From: Paraphysomonas bandaiensis
Lineage: Eukaryota; Protista; Chrysophyceae
Assembly: GCA_965644295.1 (NCBI GenBank)
Contig: CBFFRP010000218.1
Span: 186,001 to 250,000 of the forward strand
Reading direction: 5' to 3'
Length of the DNA: 64,000 bases
The notes beneath the pieces were generated by a model. That model saw only the letters and a list, made by a program, of their open reading frames with translations. It had not been told where the DNA came from and did no database searches. Position numbers and translations under genes: made by a program. Shown here in pieces: positions 55,521 through 64,000 of the stretch. Every line of letters begins with the position of its first letter. Within the stretch, counting starts at the first letter, position 1.

Positions 55521-56541
55521 ATATATGATAACTTTTTTTTACTTCATTAATGCATGGAATTGTTATATATAATATTATTACTGTAATAATGCATTGGTTT
55601 ATGAGTAGGCTTGAGTTATTAATAAGAATGCGTATTTGTATAATAACTACGGCCATTGCGTATTGAGGTTCGATATCTTAAGGTTACGTATAATCTTGTT
55701 TATCCACAACACCTGACGAGTCGCTGGAAGTATAGTTCTGAATGGGGCACCACCGTTGGCCAGTATTGGTTACCTGCGCATTACACCCTAAGAGCATGAC
55801 ATGTACTCTCAATCCAGAACACTTACACAGCAGTCACTCTGCGGTATGTGGCATATAAGAAGTACCGATCTTACACCGAGATAACTTCTGGTGTATGATA
55901 CTGATACAGAGGGTATATATACTAATTATTTAACCCAAAATATATTTTCTTTACATTGCATTATTCACTAATACATGCATTATTAACATATAGCATTGAC
56001 GCTCTTATGTGTTAGTCCATGTTCGGACCACTGGGCACAGCTGTAGTATTGCTATAATACACCAGTATATCATATAGCAGTATACACACATATACGCACT
56101 GTAGTATAGGAGGGCTCTAAAAAGGGTACGAATGCAAGTGTATAGGAATTCCTATGCTTCGTTACTTGTGCTGGATTTTGTTGATCCAAAATAAAGAGTT
56201 TTTTTGTCAAGTGTTCTAAAAATCAATATTTTTGACCGACCAAAACTATACATGTCCACATATACATGTATATATTATAAAAAAATCCCACTTTTTGAAG
56301 TGTGGATATCGTTTCTTGGGTATGGAAAAAAAGTATCTTATTATGGGCGTTCAGTGGAAAAGAAATGTCCCGACAAAGTGCAGGTGAGAGTAATGCAGTG
56401 TATTGTACAGGGAGCGAAGAACAAGATGCACAGTATGAAAGAAAAATGAAGTCATATCAAAAGAAGTTGAAGAAGTGACTCATAACTTTCACTTTAATTG
56501 AAGTACTAAACGCTAAGAGTGTTACTTAAATTAACTGTGTG

Positions 56542-58962
56542 ATGGGAGAGCACAGAGATTATCATCAAGAGTATTACAGCGGTGGTCTGGGCAGTAGAGA
56601 TAACAGGACAGGGGGGATGTACTTCGTTGAATCAGATATGCATCCTCAGAGTGGTAATAATCAAACCATTCGAGAGAATCAGACGCCAGCCGCAGACGAG
56701 CACGAAGATACGGATTCTTTCTCACCTTTTTGGAGCGCTCGTATGGGTGAGCATCTGCAAAACCCATCCAGCCAATCAGACAGACACGACACAGCTGACC
56801 ACCCCTCTGATGACCACTCACTGAGAGATGTAAAGATACAACAGCGTCAGGCGATAAAGAATCGTGAAGATTATAGAGTCAAAGAGTTGACTCACGACTA
56901 CGATGCCTGGGATGAAAAGGAGCAACTACGACGCTATGAAGAAAGACAAGAACTTGAGCGCTGGCGAAAAGAACAGCAGAAACTACGCGACCAAAAAGCT
57001 GAATCTGAGAGGAGAAGACAACATCAAGCCGCCAATTATCGTGAATTCCTGCAACAAGAGATGCAAGACAAGGAAAAGAAGGAAAAGGAGCATATGTGGA
57101 GGGAGCGAGAAGGGGTAATGAATGCTGAATCTGAGAGTAGAAAGCAGGATGAAGCCGACATGAGGGCAGCGAGAGAGCATCGTGAACGCCAGAAACAAGA
57201 GATTCAAGACAAGAAAGAGAAGGAAGAGGAACATGCGCGGAAGGAGCGAGAAGGGGTAATTGATACTGAATCTGAGAGTAGGAAGGATGAAGCCGACATT
57301 AGGGCAGTGAGAGATTATCGTGAACCTATGTACCGGAGTAGTTTGCGTGGTGATTTCGAAAGCAGTAGTGGGGTTGCTGCAGAAGTCGAAGGCCAATCAC
57401 ATTCGTCTATTGTTTTGGACAGCGGTCCCATCAAATCGGGAGGTACTGACCAGTGGGAATGTGAAAGGTGCACGTTCCTCAATACAAAGGAGAATAGAGA
57501 GTGTGAAATGTGTGATATCCCGAGGGAACGAAAAACGGAAGTTGCTGGTAATTATGGCAGATCCCCTCCTGCTAAATATGTGGGTACCGGTGAGCACCCT
57601 CAAGAGATACCATTTGATTACGGAAGGAGAGTATATCATGTATTATCCGGTACCAGCAGTCAGTATACCGTAGGGGCAGTGTCAGCATGCACCACAATTG
57701 CTCTTCAGGCTGTTCATAGTATACTCAATGCATTGACTGACTCAAGATTTCCTTACGGGTGCTCCCCTGCACTGATAGATGACATTGTCAGATTAGGTTC
57801 GACCTATAAAGGTGATTTTCATCAGGACCTTGATGAAGTTCTGAAAACCCGGCGAGATCTAACTGCGCACGGGGAGAAAGGAATCAGACCGGTAACTCCT
57901 TACTCGACACAGTACTTTTCTTTATATATTTATTTATTTGTACAGGTGGGTTCAATGGTCGATGTCTCACCTCAGAACCCAGTGCCAGGCCTTCGCCGCG
58001 GGCTGGAGTGGAACCGTTCACTGAAGGCTAATGTGGCTTGTGTATTAACATGTCAGGCGCAGTCAATATGCGTGGTGTATGTATATAACCCCTCATTGTC
58101 CCCACATACTGATTCTGATGTGAAGTTTATCCTATTTGACAGCCACTCCAGACAGCACAATGGTGTCAATTATGGGGCATGTTTGCTATTTTTTAATAGC
58201 TTGGATGACGTTTGTCACTACATACAGCTTCTCTTCCCCTCCATTGATATGCCTGATCTTTCTATACAAAGCGAGTTTGAGCAAGCTCAGTATGCGGCTA
58301 TAACTGTGGGGCAAGCGGATTTCTTTTGTCTAAATCGTTCTTGGTCGATGAGACCTGATGCTATGTTGCAATCGAATTCGAGTACACCCCTTGAGGAGTT
58401 TCAGAGATCAGGCTCTATATGCTCATCAACAGGATATCAGACTCCCGGCAATGTGCAATATAGTATGACAGATCAATTTGACAGGGAGCGAATTAGAGCT
58501 ATTGAGCTGGCAAGGAATCAAGCAACAGAGAGGGAGGAGAAATTACTGGCAGATAATAGAGCTTTACAAGTTGCCCTCAGTTGTGAGAAAGACGAACACA
58601 TCAAAACGAAGGAAACTATGAGGACGCCGTCTATCACGGTTTCAAACACTCCCAGTTTGTCGATATCTAAGATCAATGCGAGAGAAAGAACTACAGAGGA
58701 AATACAAAGGTTACAAGTGCAAAATAGATTGTTGATGGAGGAAATTCAAGAGCTTCATAATAATCTTTCGTCCGTGCGACAAGCTCTTTATTCCGAGAAG
58801 GAGGCACATGCTAAAACGAAGACCCAAGTGGACAATCTTGAAATGGCTCTACGTACCGTACAGACGGATGCCCAACACGAGATAGATTATCTTAATCGGC
58901 AGATTCGAGATCTCAAGACGAATTGTAAACACAAAAAAGGATTGTCTTATCATTGGAGATAG
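56542..58962 (+). CDS. NZF (RanBP2-type) zinc finger + herpes-tegument-like (VTD) cysteine deubiquitinase + coiled coils
   Basis: WECERCTFLNTKENRECEMCD (NZF with TF motif); SSQYTVGAVSACTTIAL (Cys codon at 57688) and FILFDSHSR (58135-58152). Probable in-frame 54-nt intron at 57892-57945. Confidence 0.72.
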   Translation: MGEHRDYHQEYYSGGLGSRDNRTGGMYFVESDMHPQSGNNQTIRENQTPAADEHEDTDSFSPFWSARMGEHLQNPSSQSDRHDTADHPSDDHSLRDVKIQQRQAIKNREDYRVKELTHDYDAWDEKEQLRRYEERQELERWRKEQQKLRDQKAESERRRQHQAANYREFLQQEMQDKEKKEKEHMWREREGVMNAESESRKQDEADMRAAREHRERQKQEIQDKKEKEEEHARKEREGVIDTESESRKDEADIRAVRDYREPMYRSSLRGDFESSSGVAAEVEGQSHSSIVLDSGPIKSGGTDQWECERCTFLNTKENRECEMCDIPRERKTEVAGNYGRSPPAKYVGTGEHPQEIPFDYGRRVYHVLSGTSSQYTVGAVSACTTIALQAVHSILNALTDSRFPYGCSPALIDDIVRLGSTYKGDFHQDLDEVLKTRRDLTAHGEKGIRPVTPYSTQYFSLYIYLFVQVGSMVDVSPQNPVPGLRRGLEWNRSLKANVACVLTCQAQSICVVYVYNPSLSPHTDSDVKFILFDSHSRQHNGVNYGACLLFFNSLDDVCHYIQLLFPSIDMPDLSIQSEFEQAQYAAITVGQADFFCLNRSWSMRPDAMLQSNSSTPLEEFQRSGSICSSTGYQTPGNVQYSMTDQFDRERIRAIELARNQATEREEKLLADNRALQVALSCEKDEHIKTKETMRTPSITVSNTPSLSISKINARERTTEEIQRLQVQNRLLMEEIQELHNNLSSVRQALYSEKEAHAKTKTQVDNLEMALRTVQTDAQHEIDYLNRQIRDLKTNCKHKKGLSYHWR

Positions 58963-59354
58963 GGGTTTGAAACTATACAAAGCCTGTACGAAAGCCAGAT
59001 TATGTATCTTTGCGATATGTAGTGGTACAATTTTTGTAATACTACGAACTAGAATTTCGCAACTCAATGGTTTAAAATTACTTTTTTGGGTCTGTAGTGC
59101 ACTCATATTGCCTCTCCAGGAAAATAGAGGTTTATAGTTTATACTAACTGGATGTCATACACGTATTCTGCAATTATAAGGCACTACCTATCATGCGGTT
59201 TCCACCACCACATAAATTATATTGAAAGTCTTATTATTAGCAATAGGTGTTAAAAACCTGCACCTACTTAGTAGCTAGATGAATGCTAGACAAACTAGTT
59301 AGACCTCTACCTGTAACTACTCAGTACACACTTTTTTTATCCTACTATTTAACG

Positions 59355-59700
59355 GTACGGAAGTTGCTTGTGCGTCGCCGCAAGCACCAAGGTGCGACCA
59401 CTTCCGCTCTGAGGTTTTAAGGTAAACATCCCGGATGCTTGACTTCAGCAGGCAGCCCAATACCCCGGTTACCCTTCAGGTGGGCACTGTCCCGGATGCC
59501 TGTTTATTCGTCAGGACCCAAAGACGTCTACACAAGTGACACTTATTGGTGTCCCTTGTACCACACAAGCATTCGGCTATGAGTGTGCATAAGAATATCT
59601 GCTGACTATGTTTGCGGCTCACGTTAGTTTCCCTGGGAGAATCTCTCCGGTAGTTATCCCCCAGAACACCACGAAAAGGTGCGAGTCACTTTGTTGAGGG
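59355..59700. ncRNA. Candidate structured RNA or structured element end (family unknown)
   Basis: GC-richer, ORF-free island with many local stems, e.g. CGGAAGT/ACTTCCG, TGCTTG/CAAGCA, TAAACA/TGTTTA, ACAAG.GACAC/GTGTC.CTTGT, CTGGG/CCCAG. Confidence 0.35.
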
Positions 59701-60034
59701 ACCACATAAATTTATCTTGTTAGAATCATAAACCCTTGGTTTATGCCAGAACAAATAATGATGCAGAAATACATAATACAATATATTTTGGTGATCAGGT
59801 CTATCTTTGTTGTTTTACCACCACGCGCAGTATTGTGTTTCTGTAGAAAATGAAAATTACGTATTACTGTCTGTTCCACCAAAAATAAAATCACATGGTG
59901 TTTGGTGCATTCTGCATTGGCTACATATGAACAGCATCAGATGCAGGAGTAAAACTGTGTACTAATGTTTTGATGATTGAAGTTCTATGGTGTAGTCTGT
60001 GATAGAAGACAGATTGGAATGCTAGTCATTATTA

Positions 60035-63000
60035 TCACAGATAACCTCTGATAAAACAAGTTAATAATACTATCTTTACTATCAACTTGTGGCTTGTTAT
60101 TGCCTTACAACACCTGTGTTGACCTACGTTGAACGAGATGGGTGTTTGCTCATTCTTGTCACTGACTTTATAATTTACTTTTCTTACAGAGCACATACGG
60201 TTTGTTAGTGTTTTTGGCAGTGCGCCCGTCGTTGCGCCCTGGACAGTATCGCAGCCCACTGGCGGATACTTATTAGTGGTTGTAGAGTCTAGACAAGAGA
60301 TCATCTTGGTCCACACAGAGTTGAGTCACGGTTGGTGAGTCACCTGCAGGCACAGAAAAGTTACACCAGTCAGCTGTATGGAGTTGTGGGAGTGGTCTGG
60401 TGGAAGGGGTGGTGGTGGTGGATAATCCGTCTGTGGATCACTTTCACTATAAGTGATGTCCTTTCTTGCCTTACGGGCTGGCTGGCATCGGCTGACTGAT
60501 GCTTGACGAGTTTGTGGTCGCCTTTGGGTCTTCTTGGTGACTACTATGAGGCGTCTGGGGGCTCCACTATTTGTTGTTCTCTTCCTAGGTCTACTGGCTG
60601 TGAGGGTCTGTGTTGTATTATGCCGTACGTTGACAGCCTTGTTTGTGGTGGACATATTAGTAGACATGGTGCTGTCTGTCGGAAAGAGACTGGTTGCGAG
60701 TCTACTTTCAAGAGCAAGCAGAGCGTTGTCAAGGGCCGTAGCAAGGCCTGTAGAGTCCAGTAGGAAGTAATGCGCATCTTGCAGTATAACATGGGGATAA
60801 GAGTCAGTTACGGCGTCCCTGAGTTCCTCAATCTTCCATGTAATATTGTATGTGTGTGTGTCCGTAAGTAGTCCAACGATGCTTAGAGCATTTCCATTTT
60901 GTGCCCACGTCGTGCATGGGATGATAGTGGCGGCTAGCATATGGACCTCTCGTACTGAAAGCCAATGGTTGATATCATCTACCGTAGTGTATGTTGTCTT
61001 GTCCGGGAGACAAAGTGCCGCTTGGGCATGCATGAGCTTGTTCCATATTGTTTGTATGGAATGCGTATCTTGTTGATCCCGATGCGGCGCATCTAAGGCA
61101 GTGTTGTAACCAAACCCGGGGTATCACACCGGGTGCAGCTATGTATATGAAATGAAAGTGCAAATATGACAAGAAAATAGCAAATGTAGAGATGAATATG
61201 CTTATTACTATGCCCTTCAACTGCCTGAGCACCCTCAAGCACTTATCTGAAGACGCCTCCTCAAACGTGTTAAAAGCAAGGCTAGTAACTTAATAATGAC
61301 AGCACATAGAACACAAACAACTCATACAGAACCATTTACATTCTATGAACCATCTAGAAACACAGCAGAGAACACAGAACAATATTCTACAGAAAATTCA
61401 GCAACATTTCGCCAATTTTGTGGAGATATCCACCTTCTGGAAGATTCACGTAGTGGCCTATAGGAAGAGCCTTAAACCAACTCAACAGCCACAGACCAAA
61501 AATGCAGTGACTAGCCAATCAGCGTTCAGCAGTAATACATAATACAGCAGCTGTATAGTGATATTCCCTACATGTGCGTATATATAACTGTATCATTGCG
61601 TACTTATGTACCTCGTGTCACACTACATCACTGCCAACACACTACTGTCAAGTACAGTCCGTATTCCAGCACCATTATACAACATATACATATATAGACA
61701 ATACAGCCTGTATTCTATACAGTATACAAAGCAGTATAATCCGAGTACACCAATCAGATCTCTCCATTGCTCATACAGCAAAAACAGCAGCACTTGTAAT
61801 CCGAGAGTGAAGTGTGTCTTCATCCGAAGAGAAGATGCAGGCTGTACATACACACACACAATCCACTAGAGCCCCCCTTGTAGCATATTAACCTCACTGG
61901 TCTTTTGTGGTATATGGATAGTTTGACGCCTCGGCGTTACAGTGTGTCTTAGATTTATAAGAAAGGATGCGAGGGTAAGACGGTCTCTATGGTGCCTGAG
62001 GTCAAGTTTCAATCAAGAGCGGGTTTGCCTCTCTTTGGCTGCAAGGACATGGAGGTGATGAAGGGTGCTATATGCACAGTACCCGTCGCTGGGTATATGT
62101 TGTTTTATTCTTACCGCCGAGGGTCTTATAGGGTTAGACAATACACCCTGCCCATGGTGCACATGAGATGCCTGAGGTGGATATGATCCGTGGGGGACCT
62201 TTGTGCAAGGTGGCGTCGGGCTCTCGAGGAGAGAGCAACATCAAGTATCTCGCTCTGGGGCAAGATGGTGTTTATATGAAGTTGCCGTGGATCTGGGGGC
62301 TCCTCAATCCTGACGCCTTGTCTGGTACGCAGGTGCTGCAGAAAGTTGGAAATGCGTTGTTTGGTTCGTGAGAGGGCAGTGTTGAGTCGGAATTGAATAC
62401 CAGGTATATTGGAAGTGCCTGGCGTAGCGAGAATGTGATATCCGTGCTGACTTTGTACGATGTCGTGGGTTGTGACATCTTCAGTGGTAGGGTTCATTAT
62501 AAGGGACTGGCTGAAGAATGGTGTTAGATGAACCCAGCCTGAGACTAGATGTGGTTGATCAGCGTCCCATAACCTGTATGGGATAGATAGTAGATCTAAC
62601 ATTATTTAAAAATCCTGCATGTTCATTTCCAGTTCGCTGTCTGATGGAGTGTTTTGAGAATGTTCGAATCGTTGCAGCAGCTTCCGGAGTGATTTTGTAG
62701 AGGAAAGTGGGGTTCCTTTTGTCAAGCAGAGTGCTCTCACATGCTTGGAAATGTCGTGCGTGGACTCCACATTAGATTTGATGGAAGTCTGCAACAGCTG
62801 TGCTATTAGTAGTGCGCTGCACGTGGAATCCATCTTATGTTCTGGTTTTGGAAATGTAGTCATAAAGATGTAGTTGTCTGCCCTGGAGATTTTGTCAATG
62901 AAGCTGTCCCATTTCTCGGTCCTAGTTGGGGTCAGCATTTGCGTGTGTATCTCCTTTACTAGTTCTAATTGGGGAGCGACCGCTATGGTGTGGAAGTCAT

Positions 63001-63662
63001 CGTATCCAACCCAGTTGTTCAGAATCGTAGAGTGGAATGGCACGGAATCCGGTCCCACAGCATGGAGAATGGGGTCTGGGGTAGGACTTGTGTGAGCTGA
63101 GTCGGCTATATCCGGTGCTGGTGGGTCGCCAGTATTCAACGAGGGGTGTGTTGGAGCAGGTGATCTCCATTTGGCAGGAAAATAGTCAGTGAGGAGCGCA
63201 CACGGTGGTACAATATCCTTAGCGTGTTTGAGTGTCTTAGTCTTAGGGTGTTGTCGCGGTCCGTCACCACTATTGTCAGAGGAATATTCCTTCCCTTGGA
63301 GGGTATGTGAAGGATGAATACATAATTGTTTCTGGTGATACCATTGAGCTCCTTTAGGTTTGTGTGGTAGTGCCTGTAGTAGACGACTGCATACAAGTTC
63401 AGGGAGCCGTTCCAACAGTGTGTGGAGTTCTAGTTTTACTGGTTGCTTTGTATCCAGGAAGAAATGATCTTCAGAACAGAACACATCATGAAATGGGCGT
63501 TCTTGCGTCATGGGAAGGAAGGCTGAGTGAAAGGTAGACCAGTACATCCAGTTGTGCCCTAGGACTTCTGGTTCTTCCTGCCATATTCGGAGTCGTATGT
63601 TTAGGGCATACTGACACCATTGCCATTGCTCTGGGGGTATTCCGATGGCAGTAGGTTTCTTT
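60035..63662 (-). pseudogene. Degenerate minus-strand coding region (possibly transposon-derived) with an OTU-like motif; continues beyond the window
   Basis: ORFs 62606-63547 and 62126-62602 are in frame and separated by one TAA; more stops and frameshifts downstream. HIPSDGYCAYSTL at ~62060-62100; acceptor-like CGTAG at ~63663. Confidence 0.4.
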
Positions 63663-63680
63663 CTACGAAGTGCTCTGTGA

Positions 63681-64000
63681 TATAGTGTATATAGTGAGAT
63701 GGTACAGTGGTGTATAGTGAGATAGATAGTATAGTGGTATAATGTAGTGAGATAGTGTAGTGGTATATAGTGAGATAGCTGGTATAGTGGTATATGGTGA
63801 GATAGATGGTACAGTGGTGTATAGTGAGATGGTATAGTGGTATATCATGAGATGGTATAGTGGTATATAGTGGGATGGTATCTGGGTGTAGAGGGAATGT
63901 GTACAGTGGTGTTTAGTGAGATAGATGGTATATAGTGGTATATATTGAGATGGTATATGGGTATATAGTGAGATGGTAAATGGGGTATAGTAGTGAGATG
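63681..64000. repeat. Degenerate ~23-27 bp minisatellite (gagatggtatagtggtatatagt-like)
   Basis: Repeated gtggtatatagtgagat(a)g units to the end of the window. Confidence 0.85.

Noticed and set aside
47100-56350. TATGG pentamers (47105, 47196, 56321) and palindrome ATAGGAATTCCTAT (56142-56155) as Crypton termini
   Set aside because: Too short and frequent to assign ends without a second copy or an empty site.
59500-59520. CUGACGA (minus strand; also plus strand near 55714) as a hammerhead core
   Set aside because: No correctly placed GAAA and stem II/III arrangement could be built.
59560-59582. ACAAGCATTCGGCTAT resembling RNase P CR-V
   Set aside because: No convincing CR-I/P4 partner upstream.

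Overview
Eukaryotic nuclear DNA with compact genes and short (~40-100 nt) GT-AG introns. The gene content (CFAP77, Pro/Thr-repeat secreted protein, oomycete-like Crypton recombinase) suggests a flagellated stramenopile, possibly a chrysophyte/ochrophyte (inference). Host genes, in order: ALDH3-like aldehyde dehydrogenase, kinesin, CCCH/Smr protein, secreted Pro/Thr/Ser-repeat protein with three polybasic blocks, CFAP77, glucosidase II alpha, 40-aa helical-repeat protein, Sec23, nucleolin/Nsr1-like, trefoil-GH31 alpha-glucosidase, RING-IBR protein, spartin-like PH/UBA protein and an NZF + herpes-tegument-like deubiquitinase. Mobile DNA: two young full-length chromodomain Ty3/Gypsy elements (21069-28995 and 48336-53915, both minus), an intact three-exon Crypton-type tyrosine recombinase whose first intron hosts the second Gypsy, a ~150 bp MITE-like family (5 copies) and a degenerate minus-strand coding region at the right end. 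Main novelties: (1) both dissimilar Gypsy elements lack a tRNA primer-binding site and have a perfect 10-bp palindrome GTAAWWTTAC flush against the 5' LTR, suggesting tRNA-independent priming; (2) a putative ubiquitin writer/reader/eraser gene trio in which the ligase-like and DUB proteins share a coiled-coil motif; (3) a ~350 nt densely base-paired non-coding island with a possible pseudoknot at 59355-59700. All calls come from reading the sequence by eye, with no database searches.
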